A DNA stretch of 64,000 nt from Abditibacterium sp. (GCA_965199495.1 CBDASK010000003.1:960001-1024000); one strand, 5' to 3'; positions 1 to 9,352 are shown, numbered from the stretch's first letter. The notes: a model not told the origin generated them from the letters alone. Numbers and translations: made by a program.

Positions 1-36
1 CTTTTGGTCATCGCGTTCTTCGTTATCTTTGGACAT
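1..36 (-). CDS. 5' end of a gene running off the window (MSKDNEERDDQK...)
   Basis: ATG at 36 on the minus strand, preceded by a purine-rich AAAGGAAAAAA tract; frame open to the edge. Confidence 0.5.
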   Translation of the reverse strand, partial: MSKDNEERDDQK

Positions 37-124
37 AATTTTTTCCTTTTGGGTTGGCTTGCGCGCGTCAGTCTAACAATTTGGATTTCTCAGAACAGCT
101 TAACGTTCACCCAAGCGCGCGCCC

Positions 125-268
125 GTCATTTCGAGTGAGGCACGAACTGAGAAATCTTGCGCCCGCGCGGCAGCGCAGATTGAAGCTATTCTTACGTTCA
201 GGCTCTCGCATCATTTCCGCTGGCGCGGGGCCAACAGATTTCTCGGTTCGTGCCTCACTCGAAATGAC
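125..268. repeat. Palindromic element family A (GTCATTTCGAGTGAGGCACGAAC...GTTCGTGCCTCACTCGAAATGAC)
   Basis: About 30-bp terminal inverted repeats; second copy with near-identical arms at 54240-54389. Confidence 0.9.
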
Positions 269-320
269 AGGCGAAGCTGGTGGACAACTTTCACCTTTTC
301 TTTGGACCTGCGCGCCAAAT

Positions 321-917
321 TCAATTCGTCGCTTCCAAAACGCGCGCAACTTCGTTCAACTGACGAGCGAACTCGTCATCGCCAATCGCGGGCCGAACCC
401 GCGCGCCAATCGGTTCGCTCAGTTCGACCCACGAACGGCAGCCCAAATCCCCCGCGCGCAGTTCATAACGAATCGGCTCATCGGCAACATAAACGCGCAA
501 CGCGGCACACAACAGCGTTTTGTCGGGCTGATAACCAAAGCGCAAATCCAAATAATGCACGCTCCAGATGTGCGGCACTGCTTTGAGCGCCTCTTCCGCG
601 CTTTCGTCCAATTTCCACACGCGCTCAACGCGCGCGAAATGGCGCAGATACGCGGTTTTCGCGGTTTCGTCGGTTTCGCGCGGCGTCAAATCCCACAAAT
701 CGCGGTCGGCTTCTTTGACCAAAGCGCGCTCTTGATGCAGCCACGTCGGCAGCAACCAAAAATTGGAATGTTCGAGCGCGAAGTGTCCGTCTTCGTCCAA
801 CAAACCGCCTTTGCGCAATAATACGATTTGACGGTTACGCGCCAAGGCTTCTCCGGTGATCGCCCATTCTTTGAGTGCGTGCGAAGTTGCGATAGTGAAA
901 AGTTGAGTTTCCGGCAT
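321..917 (-). CDS. DUF1802 family protein
   Basis: ALKEWA..EAL..Q.VLLRKGG..E and FWLLPTWLHQ, plus C-terminal GCRSWVEL. Confidence 0.8.
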   Translation of the reverse strand: MPETQLFTIATSHALKEWAITGEALARNRQIVLLRKGGLLDEDGHFALEHSNFWLLPTWLHQERALVKEADRDLWDLTPRETDETAKTAYLRHFARVERVWKLDESAEEALKAVPHIWSVHYLDLRFGYQPDKTLLCAALRVYVADEPIRYELRAGDLGCRSWVELSEPIGARVRPAIGDDEFARQLNEVARVLEATN

Positions 918-942
918 CAGTTATGCCCATTCAGTGCGACTT

Positions 943-1446
943 ATGTTCCCTCTCCAAAATGGCGATGCCGCCCCCGATTTCACCCTGCCCGACACCAATG
1001 GCGACAGTTGGAAATTGTCCGACCAGCGCGGCAAAATGACGATTTTGTATTTCGGTCGCGGCGAATATTGCCCGACGACGCGCGGCGAATTCGCCAACTT
1101 CAACAGTTATTCGCGCCTGTTTCCCAAAATGAATTGCCAGTTCGCTTTCGTCGTCAACGGCGGCGCGCAGGAACACGCGAAGTGCGCGCGCGAACTACGC
1201 ATGAGTTTGCCGATTCTCATTGATAGCGACGGCGCCGTCGGCGAGCAATACGGCATTTACGGCGTCAACCACAACGATATGAAGCGCGACGACTACAAAA
1301 ATTACATCGCGCCCGGCGTTTATCTCATTGATGGCGACGGCGAAGTCAACGCGTTTTGGCTTTCCAGCGCGCCGCGCGGTTTGCCTTCGCCCGAATGTTT
1401 GCTGGGCATTTTGGGTTACGCGCAGCACAACGACGGCAAATATTAA
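943..1446 (+). CDS. Redoxin / AhpC-TSA family peroxiredoxin-like protein
   Basis: GDAAPDFTLPD..G..WKLSD.RGK, YFGRGEYCPTT, VYLIDGDG; ATG at 943 preferred over GTG 934. Confidence 0.8.
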   Translation: MFPLQNGDAAPDFTLPDTNGDSWKLSDQRGKMTILYFGRGEYCPTTRGEFANFNSYSRLFPKMNCQFAFVVNGGAQEHAKCARELRMSLPILIDSDGAVGEQYGIYGVNHNDMKRDDYKNYIAPGVYLIDGDGEVNAFWLSSAPRGLPSPECLLGILGYAQHNDGKY

Positions 1447-1513
1447 ATCGGCGAAATCGGCGCTTTCCGAAAGTTTTATGATTTCGGAAAACGCGCGCCA
1501 GCCCTTCAAATTT

Positions 1514-2659
1514 ATGCGCACCGTCACATTTCGGGGCCACGCTTTGCCCGATCCGCTCCATTTCCAAAACGGGAGACCCGTCGAATCGGGCGCCGATTGG
1601 GAGCGGCGGCGCGCAGAAATATTGGAATTGTTTCGCGTTCACGTTTACGGTCGCGCGCCCATCGAACGCCCGGACGATCTCTCGTTTCGCGTTCTTGAAA
1701 CGCAAAACGACGCTTCAGGCCAAGCAGCCACCGGCAAGCGCATCGAGATTCGCTTTGGCGGTTTTGCGTTCGAGTTGAAACTGTTCGTTCCCGACGCGGC
1801 GACGCGACCGGCGCCCTGTTTTCTGTTCGCCAACAATCGTCAGGCGCTGGGCGCCGATGCCGTCGAATCCAATTTTTGGCCCGTCACTTACATCTTGAAG
1901 CGCGGCTACGCGACGGCGATTTTCGATATGACGCGACTCGATCCCGATTTCGATGACGGTTTCGCCAACGGAGTTCATGGTCTTTACGATGGCGAGCAGC
2001 GCGCGGGCGACGCGTGGGGCACCATCGCAGCGTGGGCTTGGGGCGCCAGTCGGGCGATGGATTATTTGCAAACCGACGCAACCGTGGATGCGAGCAAAAT
2101 CGCTCTGGTCGGCCATTCGCGCGGCGGCAAAACCGCGTTGTGGACGGGCGCGCAAGACGAACGATTCGCCTTGGTCGTCTCCAACAATTCGGGCTGTTCG
2201 GGCGCGGCAATTTCGCGTGGCAAAACAGGCGAAACCATCGCCGATATCAATCGCAATTTTCCGCATTGGTTTTGCGAAAACTACAAAAATTTCAACGACC
2301 GCGAAAGCGAACTGCCAATTGACCAACATCAATTATTGGCTCTAATTGCGCCGCGCTTGCTCTATGTCGCCAGCGCGGACGACGACGCATGGGCCGATCC
2401 GCAGGCTGAATTCGAGGCGACGGTTATGGCTTCGCCGGTTTACCGGTTGCTGGGCAAAACGGGCGTGCCCAGTTCGATGGCGCCCGCAACCAACGTCGCG
2501 ATGTCGAGCGGACACATCGGCTATCATCGGCGGTGCGGCCAGCACGATTTGACGCGTTTCGATTGGGCGCGCTTCCTCGACTTCGCCGATTTTCACGGTT
2601 GGAACGCCCGCGAATTGCCCGCCGAACCGATTTCAACTGAAATTCCCGATTCAAACTAA
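1514..2659 (+). CDS. CE15 glucuronoyl esterase / acetylxylan esterase-like hydrolase
   Basis: WGTIAAWAWGASRAMDYL, GHSRGGK nucleophile motif, LPIDQHQLLALIAPR; start uncertain (1478 or 1514). Confidence 0.85.
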   Translation: MRTVTFRGHALPDPLHFQNGRPVESGADWERRRAEILELFRVHVYGRAPIERPDDLSFRVLETQNDASGQAATGKRIEIRFGGFAFELKLFVPDAATRPAPCFLFANNRQALGADAVESNFWPVTYILKRGYATAIFDMTRLDPDFDDGFANGVHGLYDGEQRAGDAWGTIAAWAWGASRAMDYLQTDATVDASKIALVGHSRGGKTALWTGAQDERFALVVSNNSGCSGAAISRGKTGETIADINRNFPHWFCENYKNFNDRESELPIDQHQLLALIAPRLLYVASADDDAWADPQAEFEATVMASPVYRLLGKTGVPSSMAPATNVAMSSGHIGYHRRCGQHDLTRFDWARFLDFADFHGWNARELPAEPISTEIPDSN

Positions 2660-2700
2660 AGCAACGCTAGCGAGCGCTGGCGTTGAAATTCTGCTAATTT

Positions 2701-3687
2701 TCAATCTTCGTAGCCATCGGGATGCGATTGGTGCCATTTCCACGCGGTTTCGACAATCGGTTCGATGGACGAATATTGCACCTGCCAACCCAATTCGGAC
2801 TTAGCTTTGGTCGCATCAGCATACAAAGCGGGCGGGTCACCGGCCCGCCGTGGCTGCTCGACGATGGGCACGGTTTTGCCCGTCACGCGTTCAACTGCCG
2901 CGATGACTTCGCGCACGCTGGTCGGCGTGCCCGTGCCCAGATTGTAAAAGAGTTGCGCGCCCGGCTCATTTAACTTATCGAAAACCGCGATGTGCGCGCG
3001 GCTCAAATCGTCAACGTGAACGTAATCGCGCAGACACGTTCCGTCGGGCGTCGGGTAATCGGTGCCGAAAATCTGGATGTTCTCGCGGCGGCCCGTCGCC
3101 GCGTCGAAAACGAGCGGAATCAGATGCGTTTCGGGATCGTGCGCCTCGCCAATTGCGCCATCGGGCGCGGCGCCCGCCGCGTTGAAATAACGAAACGCCG
3201 CGAAGCTCAAACCGCTGGCGCGCGCCACGTTTTTCAGCGCGTTCTCCACGTCCAATTTCGTCTGGCCATACGGGTTAATCGGATGCTGCGGCGTGTCCTC
3301 GGTAATCGGCACTTGGGCGTCGCCATAGGTCGCGCAGGTCGAGGAAAAGACGAATTTTTTAACGTCGTTATCGAGCATCGCCTGCAACAAATGGAGCGTC
3401 GCCGCGACGTTGTTGAAATAATATTTGAGCGGATCGGTCACGCTTTCGCCAACGTAAGCGTAGGCGGCGAAGTGCATGACCAGATCGATTTTTTCGTCGC
3501 GCAAAACTTGGCCCACGAGTTTTTCATCGCCCAGATTCACGTCGTAAAACGGGATTTCGGGCGCGACGGCTTTGCGATGGCCGTAGACCAGATTATCGAG
3601 GACGACCGGACGATGCCCGGATTGTTGCAACAGACGCACGCAGTGCGAGCCGATATAGCCCGCGCCGCCGACAACTAAAATATTCAT
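2701..3687 (-). CDS. galE: UDP-glucose 4-epimerase
   Basis: GGAGYIGSH, HFAAYAYVGESV, FSSTCATYG, YGQTK, RYFNAAGA, DGTCLRDYVHV. Confidence 0.95.
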   Translation of the reverse strand: MNILVVGGAGYIGSHCVRLLQQSGHRPVVLDNLVYGHRKAVAPEIPFYDVNLGDEKLVGQVLRDEKIDLVMHFAAYAYVGESVTDPLKYYFNNVAATLHLLQAMLDNDVKKFVFSSTCATYGDAQVPITEDTPQHPINPYGQTKLDVENALKNVARASGLSFAAFRYFNAAGAAPDGAIGEAHDPETHLIPLVFDAATGRRENIQIFGTDYPTPDGTCLRDYVHVDDLSRAHIAVFDKLNEPGAQLFYNLGTGTPTSVREVIAAVERVTGKTVPIVEQPRRAGDPPALYADATKAKSELGWQVQYSSIEPIVETAWKWHQSHPDGYED

Positions 3688-3748
3688 GATGGAAATTTGA
3701 CGCAGCGCAGTATGCCGCAAAAGGTAAAATCCGTGAATTACTGCGCGC

Positions 3749-4291
3749 GTGAAACTTTATCTCAAACTGGCATTAATCGCCTCGCTCTTTGCAGCCACGC
3801 CGTCCGCGTCCTCTTTTATCAAACCCGCGCAGGCCGCCGAAAACGCGACGCAACGCGCGGGCCGCGCGGCGATTGCGGCGCAGTATCGTATCAGCGATGC
3901 GGCTATTCTTCGCAAAGATGTGCCGACGCTAATCGGCCAGATGACACCCGATTACAAGAGCTACGAAAGAGACGGCACCGTCGCGGATCGAGCGCAAAAC
4001 GAAGCGGCGTTGCGCCTGATGCTCAGCGGGAATTACATGGGAATTAAGTTTCAATTCACCAAAGCGCAGAGCAAAATTTTGTCGCTGACGTGGCGCGGCC
4101 CCGACGCCATCGTGATGGCGCAAAGCACTTTGGTCGGCACCGGACAGCGCGGCAACAAATCGGTGCGCGTCGAAGTCGTCGGCCTTTCGCGCGAATATTG
4201 GGGCAAAACCGCGCGCGGATGGCAGGTGCGCCAATCGGTCAATATGGAAATGAAACGCTGGATTAACGGCGTGCGCGACCCTTCGATGTAA
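3749..4291 (+). CDS. Secreted NTF2-like (DUF4440-type) protein
   Basis: Signal peptide ending AQA; NTF2-like pattern ending W.KT..GW.V. Confidence 0.55.
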   Translation: MKLYLKLALIASLFAATPSASSFIKPAQAAENATQRAGRAAIAAQYRISDAAILRKDVPTLIGQMTPDYKSYERDGTVADRAQNEAALRLMLSGNYMGIKFQFTKAQSKILSLTWRGPDAIVMAQSTLVGTGQRGNKSVRVEVVGLSREYWGKTARGWQVRQSVNMEMKRWINGVRDPSM

Positions 4292-4337
4292 AATGTGCGC
4301 GTTTTATTTTATTGGATGAACTATGGGGGGTTACGCG

Positions 4338-4498
4338 CGCGATCCCCGCGCTGTCATTCTGAGCGAAGAGAGGCACGAACGAAGTCGAAGAATCCATGAC
4401 GTAATGGCCTCGACGAACGTCAAATTTAATCGCAGCCGGTGGCTTCTTCGACTTCGTTCGTGCCTCTCTTCGCTCAGAATGACAGCGCGGGGATCGCG
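4338..4498. repeat. Long palindromic element (GTCATTCTGAGCGAAG...CTTCGCTCAGAATGAC), related to family A
   Basis: About 54-bp near-perfect inverted arms between convergent genes; shares GTCATT..GAG and GAGGCACGAAC with family A. Confidence 0.9.
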
Positions 4499-4546
4499 AG
4501 TTATCGGATAAATAATATAAACATCCAAAACCGCACACTAACGCGT

Positions 4547-4975
4547 TTACTTTGCCGCCAGAGTTACTATCGAGTTGGTCGGTTTAGTGCCCAAAATTTC
4601 GGCGTCGTTGACCAGCGAATCCACTTTGATGGGAACCGAAGCGGTGCCGATTTTGGCATCGGAAAAGTCGAAGACGGCGCGCACATAACGCGAACTGAGC
4701 GGCAACGCATCGGTTGGCGAAGCGAGTGGATTGAGCGACATTCCACCTTTCAAATCGCGCAAAACCACGCGCGGCGCCCGAATCGTCACGCGCACTTCGC
4801 GCGGCACTCCGGCGGGGTTGGCGATACGCATCGAAGGCGGCGGCGTGGCTTGGAGCGGCACCACGAAAGTCGCGGTTTCGAGCGGATTGATTTCGCCGCG
4901 CACATGCCCCCACAACGCGATGGCGATGACGAGCGCCACCACTTTCAAATTCCAGTTGTTGACAAGGCGAGACAC
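4547..4975 (-). CDS. cdaR: YbbR/CdaR-like protein (single YbbR domain)
   Basis: N-terminal NWNLKVVALVIAIALW membrane anchor, then P.EVRVTIRAP and DFSDAK.G...VPI. Confidence 0.75.
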   Translation of the reverse strand: MSRLVNNWNLKVVALVIAIALWGHVRGEINPLETATFVVPLQATPPPSMRIANPAGVPREVRVTIRAPRVVLRDLKGGMSLNPLASPTDALPLSSRYVRAVFDFSDAKIGTASVPIKVDSLVNDAEILGTKPTNSIVTLAAK

Positions 4976-4980
4976 GGGGA

Positions 4981-5012
4981 AAGGATAAAGGATTAAGGCT
5001 AAAGGATAAAGG
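4981..5012. repeat. Heptamer tandem repeat (AAGGATA)n
   Basis: aaggata aaggatt aaggcta aaggata aagg. Confidence 0.75.
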
Positions 5013-5096
5013 GAAATCTTTGAAATGGACGCCGAAGCGGAACTATTTTTGCAAAGCCCATTCGCCTGACAGCTTCGCTGTTGTTAAAGCGAAATC

Positions 5097-6221
5097 ATGA
5101 ACATTTCTCGACGTAAACTTCTCGAAACCGGTGGCATCGCCGCCGCCGGACTGGCCGCCGCGCGCGCCGGTCTGCAAAACGCTGGCGCCGCGACGCCTGA
5201 CACCCAAAACGGCGCCGAACCCGCCGCCAGATATCGCCCGGTTCAAGCGCCGCCTTCGGCAACGCTACCGATGCCAAAAACCACGCGACGCGGCGAAATG
5301 CTCTATCGCGAGCTGGGTTCGACGGGCCGCGAAGTTTCGCTCATCGGTTTGGGCGGCTTTCACATCGGCAAGCAAGCCACCGAAGCGGCTTCAGTGCAAA
5401 TCATCCGCACCGCGATTGACCGGGGCATCACCTTCATGGACAATTGCTGGGATTATCACGACGGTCTGAGCGAACTGCGCATGGGCAAGGCTTTGCGCAA
5501 TGGTTATCGCGACAAAGTGTTTTTGATGACCAAAATTGACGGTCGCGACAAGAAAACCGCCGCCAAACAAATCGAGGAATCGCTGGCGCGGCTGGGCACC
5601 GACCATGTGGATTTGCTACAACTTCACGAGATTTTGCGCATGGAAGACCCCGACCGCGTTTTCGCCAAAGGCGGCGCCATCGAAGCCGTAATGGAAGCGC
5701 GTAAAGCCGGGAAAATTCGCCACATCGGTTTCACCGGACATAAAGACCCGTTGGTGCATTTGCGAATGCTCGACATGGCGCGCGAAAACGGCGTGCATTT
5801 CGACACCGTTCAAATGCCAGTCAACGTAATGGATGCGCATTTTCGCTCGTTCCAGAACAAAGTTTTGCCGGTTTTGGTCGCCGAAAAAATCGGCCCAATC
5901 GCCATGAAAACGTTTGGCGACCATTTCATCTTGGATCACGTCACCAAAAGTAACACAGCCACACCAATTGAATTGTTGCATTACGGAATGTCGCAACCTG
6001 TTTCGGTCGTCGTCACCGGCATTGATTCGTTGAAGATTTTAGATCAAGCGTTTGAAGCCGCCAAAACGTGGCAACAGATGTCAGTGGGCGGCCAAAAAGC
6101 GTTGCTGGCGAAAATGGTAACGCCCGCGAAAACCGGGAATTACGAGAAATTTAAAACGACGCCGCACTTCGATTCCACGGCCAACAACCCGAAGTGGCTG
6201 GGCAACGCGGACGCGGCTTGA
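5097..6221 (+). CDS. Aldo/keto reductase with Tat signal
   Basis: SRRKLL twin-arginine leader; YRELGSTG..VS.IGLGG, GITFMDN..DY, SL.RL.TDH.DL.QLH. Confidence 0.9.
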   Translation: MNISRRKLLETGGIAAAGLAAARAGLQNAGAATPDTQNGAEPAARYRPVQAPPSATLPMPKTTRRGEMLYRELGSTGREVSLIGLGGFHIGKQATEAASVQIIRTAIDRGITFMDNCWDYHDGLSELRMGKALRNGYRDKVFLMTKIDGRDKKTAAKQIEESLARLGTDHVDLLQLHEILRMEDPDRVFAKGGAIEAVMEARKAGKIRHIGFTGHKDPLVHLRMLDMARENGVHFDTVQMPVNVMDAHFRSFQNKVLPVLVAEKIGPIAMKTFGDHFILDHVTKSNTATPIELLHYGMSQPVSVVVTGIDSLKILDQAFEAAKTWQQMSVGGQKALLAKMVTPAKTGNYEKFKTTPHFDSTANNPKWLGNADAA

Positions 6222-6237
6222 AAAGAGTTGACCACAA

Positions 6238-6311
6238 AAACAGAACCCGGAGCGGAAGCGACGTGGCTGCTATTTATTCCAGCCACGTCGCTTCCGCTCC
6301 GGGTTCTGTTT
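6238..6311. repeat. 32-bp perfect inverted repeat (REP-like; probable bidirectional terminator)
   Basis: AAACAGAACCCGGAGCGGAAGCGACGTGGCTG and its exact complement around a 10-nt loop, between convergent genes. Confidence 0.85.
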
Positions 6312-6324
6312 GGGGTTTACCGAT

Positions 6325-6714
6325 CTAAATTTCAACTTTATAATCGAGTTTGATTTCGTCGCCGGTTTGTCCGCGAAAACCCCAGTTTTCCGGCGGCGAT
6401 TCTTGAATCGTAATTTCGATGTCCGCAACCGATATTTCAAGTTCGGCAGAAATCGCCGCGAACAAAAGTTTTATCAATCGCTTTTTAGTTTCGACGGTGC
6501 GTCCCGACATCATATTAATTTCGATGATGATGTATTTTTCAGTTCTGTCGGCGGGATAATAAAAATCGGCGGCGTCGAGCGAGAAGAAACGATGAAAGCG
6601 TTTTTCCAAAGGCACTTTCAAAACTTCGACAACGCACGCGTGAACAATGTCGGACAAACGTGATTTAATCGGTTGAAGTTGGTCTTGGCGACCGTAAATT
6701 TTGATTTGTGCCAT
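6325..6714 (-). CDS. Tautomerase family protein (4-oxalocrotonate tautomerase/YrdN-like)
   Basis: KRFHRF, YPADRTEKYIIIEI.M..GR..ETKK.L, NWGFRG..GDE..L.YKV. Confidence 0.8.
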   Translation of the reverse strand: MAQIKIYGRQDQLQPIKSRLSDIVHACVVEVLKVPLEKRFHRFFSLDAADFYYPADRTEKYIIIEINMMSGRTVETKKRLIKLLFAAISAELEISVADIEITIQESPPENWGFRGQTGDEIKLDYKVEI

Positions 6715-6715
6715 A

Positions 6716-6964
6716 TTAGTTTAGCGACTTCCATCGGGCAATAGCTCGGTTGACGCAGACTTCGGATAATTTGAACGCTAACCCTGCCATAAGGCCAAAG
6801 AATAGAGCCGATACGAGAGAATGGTTTCCCGCTAATTGAATCCACCAGCGAATGTTGAGAGCGATAACTATTCGGCGGATCAAGGCTAATAACATCAGAG
6901 CCAAAGTCCATTCCAGAATTAATTTCCCCCACTCCAACGCGTTGCCAAAATGTTTTTTGTTCAT
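6716..6964 (-). CDS. Small membrane protein, lower GC
   Basis: 82 aa with two hydrophobic segments; stop 1 nt before the tautomerase ATG. Confidence 0.5.
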   Translation of the reverse strand: MNKKHFGNALEWGKLILEWTLALMLLALIRRIVIALNIRWWIQLAGNHSLVSALFFGLMAGLAFKLSEVCVNRAIARWKSLN

Positions 6965-7029
6965 TATAAAATTACCGATTAGGACAATCTAAACAATTTT
7001 CAACATCACTACGGTTCCCCTATTTCGAG

Positions 7030-7941
7030 TTACCCTTTGCGCAGAACCGCGCGCAAAGTTCCCAGCGTCGTTTTCGGCAATTGGCGCGCCGCTTTGCCGA
7101 CTTGTCTGGCGAATGGGCGCAGACGGGCGGCGCCTTGTTCGCGGCGAAACAGCGAATTTAACTCGTCGGCCAATAAACGCGGTTGCAAAATCGAAGTCAT
7201 CGTGCCTTCGCGCGCCAGACTGATGTTGCCGGTTTCTTCCGAGACGACGATGATTAAAGCATCGGTGGTTTCGGATAAACCGAGCGCGGCGCGATGGCGG
7301 GTGCCGACGGTGCGCGGCAAATTGGTATCGGTTGAGAGCGGCAAAATGCAGGCGGCAGCTTCGATTTTTTCGCCCTTAATAATACAGCCACCGTCGTGGA
7401 GCGGGTTGCCGTCGTGGAAGATGGCGCCCAGCAGCTCGGCGGAGACATTGGCGCCCAGCGCCGTGCCGGTGGCTGCGATGTCTTCCAAACCCGTCGCGCG
7501 TTCGACGGCGATGAGAGCGCCGGTTTTGGTTGCCGCCATGCCAGTGACGGCGCGCGTGATTTCTTCGACGACGCGCGTTTGCGCCGGAGTCGCGCTCTGC
7601 TGCATCCGAAATCCCAGCAACTCCAACCGACTGCGGCCCAGTTGATCCAGAGCCGCGCGCAGTTCGGGCTGAAACAGAATGACTAACACAACTGCCGAAG
7701 CGAACAACGCCTGCGAGATGAACCAATAAAGCGTGTCCATGCCCAAAAACTGCGCGCTTTTCATCACGACGAGCAAAATCGCCAAGCCTTTGAGCAACTG
7801 CATCGCGCGCGTGCCTTTGGCCAGCGCCAGCAGATAATAAATCGCCGTCGCCACCAACAAAATGTCGAGAATCGCCACCACATCCACTTGGCGCAGCAGA
7901 TGCTTGAGGTGAAGCGCAAACGAAACAGTTGAAGCGGGCAT
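7030..7941 (-). CDS. cdaA: Diadenylate cyclase CdaA/DacA
   Basis: Three N-terminal TM helices, ILFQPELRAAL, GALIA.ER, PLHDG, GTRHRAALG.SE.TDA..IVVSEETG; start set at MPAST. Confidence 0.95.
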   Translation of the reverse strand: MPASTVSFALHLKHLLRQVDVVAILDILLVATAIYYLLALAKGTRAMQLLKGLAILLVVMKSAQFLGMDTLYWFISQALFASAVVLVILFQPELRAALDQLGRSRLELLGFRMQQSATPAQTRVVEEITRAVTGMAATKTGALIAVERATGLEDIAATGTALGANVSAELLGAIFHDGNPLHDGGCIIKGEKIEAAACILPLSTDTNLPRTVGTRHRAALGLSETTDALIIVVSEETGNISLAREGTMTSILQPRLLADELNSLFRREQGAARLRPFARQVGKAARQLPKTTLGTLRAVLRKG

Positions 7942-7948
7942 TGTTTTT

Positions 7949-8056
7949 GGGGAACACGGGACAAGTAGCAAGGAACATGGAAAAACATCGCGTTGTGCAA
8001 TGCGGCAGAAAATCTCAATCTGCTGCTTGTTCCCTGTTCCCTGTTCCTTGTTCCTG
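7949..8056. repeat. Inverted pair of heptamer arrays (GGGAACA/TGTTCCC)
   Basis: gggaaca-type units at 7949-7985 and cttgttc cctgttc cctgttc cttgttc at 8026-8056; the latter lie within the alr 3' end. Confidence 0.75.
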
Positions 8057-9166
8057 ATGGTAGACGCGCGGCACGCGGGCCGAGACCGCGCACAACAGTT
8101 CATACGAAATAGTGTCGGCGCGCGTCGCCACTTCTTCGACGGGCAAACCCTCGCCCCACAACGTGACTTGCGCGCCGATATCAACGTTCTTAGGTGCGTC
8201 GGTGACATCCACCAAGATTTGATCCATCGTCACGCGGCCTACAACGGGGCAACGCGCGCCGCCAATCAAAACTTCGCCACGATTGCTCAAGGCGCGCAGA
8301 TAACCGTCGGCGTAACCGCAAGCGACAACCGCAATTTGGGAGTCGCGCGCCGCACGCCATGTCGCGCCATAGGAAACCGTCGCGCCCGCGTTCACTTCGT
8401 GAATCGCCGTCACGCGCGAAAGTCGCGTCATGACCGGTTTTAATTCGGTTTTATCGCATAAATCGGCGCACGGATGAGCGCCGTAAAGCGCGAGACCGGG
8501 GCGCACGGCGTCGAAGTGCGAGCGTTTGTAACGCAATTGCGTCGCCGAATTGCCCGTGTGTTTTAAAACGTGCGCGCCGATATTTGCTTCGTCTGTAAAC
8601 CGCTCGAAGCGTTGCAGTTGCAGCATCGTCAACTCGTCGTTTTCGTCGTCGGCGCACGCCATGTGGGTATAAACGCCGCGCCATTCGATGTTTTGGAAAC
8701 GTTGTAATTCGCGCCAACGATTTGGCGCCTCGCACCAATGCACGCCCAAGCGCGCCATGCCGCTATCCACTTTGAAATGCGCGGGCAAAACGCGCCCGAT
8801 TTTTCGCGCGACATCGTTCCATGCGGCGGCGAGTTCGCTCGTCCAAATCGTCGGCGTCAATTCGGCGCGCGCGGCAGTTTCGACTTCTGCGGGCAACAAA
8901 GCCGACAATAATAATATCGGTTTTTCGATGCCGCCCGCGCGCAGTTCGGCGCCTTCGTCAACAGAAGCCACGGCGAGCATCTCGACGAAATCTAATTCGC
9001 TTAAAGTTTGCGCGACGGGCAAGGCGCCGTGGCCGTAGGCATTGGCTTTGACCACGCAAATCAGGCGCGCGGGCGCGGCGTTCTGGGCCAAAACGCGCGC
9101 GTTGTGGCGCAGGAAGTCGAGGTTGATGTGCGCCCAATTGGGCCGCGAAAAAGAGAAATCGGTCAC
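8015..9166 (-). CDS. alr: Alanine racemase
   Basis: VVKANAYGHG PLP-lysine motif, HFKVDSGMARLG, VRPGLALYG, GYADGY, GRVTMDQ, TISYE. Confidence 0.96.
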   Translation of the reverse strand: MTDFSFSRPNWAHINLDFLRHNARVLAQNAAPARLICVVKANAYGHGALPVAQTLSELDFVEMLAVASVDEGAELRAGGIEKPILLLSALLPAEVETAARAELTPTIWTSELAAAWNDVARKIGRVLPAHFKVDSGMARLGVHWCEAPNRWRELQRFQNIEWRGVYTHMACADDENDELTMLQLQRFERFTDEANIGAHVLKHTGNSATQLRYKRSHFDAVRPGLALYGAHPCADLCDKTELKPVMTRLSRVTAIHEVNAGATVSYGATWRAARDSQIAVVACGYADGYLRALSNRGEVLIGGARCPVVGRVTMDQILVDVTDAPKNVDIGAQVTLWGEGLPVEEVATRADTISYELLCAVSARVPRVYHQEQGTGNREQAAD

Positions 9167-9240
9167 GAAAACGGCAGTCGAAAAGCCGATACTATTTTAC
9201 CGAGTTAGAGAGTATCAGGCGTTCGCAACCGGAACATTTT

Positions 9241-9352
9241 TTAGCCACAAAAACACAGAACTCACAAAAGGCACAAAAGAGGTTTCCAAAGAACAGAACT
9301 ACCCTTCAAAACTTTTTTGTGCCTTTTATGAGTTCTGTGTTTTTGTGGCTAA
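9241..9352. repeat. Palindromic element family C (TTAGCCACA...TGTGGCTAA)
   Basis: About 38-bp inverted arms built from CACA(A/G)A sub-repeats; relatives at 14281 and 30207. Confidence 0.85.

Noticed and set aside
4263..4538. Small ORFs on both strands (VILSEERHERSRR)
   Set aside because: Translations of the palindrome; the same peptide appears on both strands.
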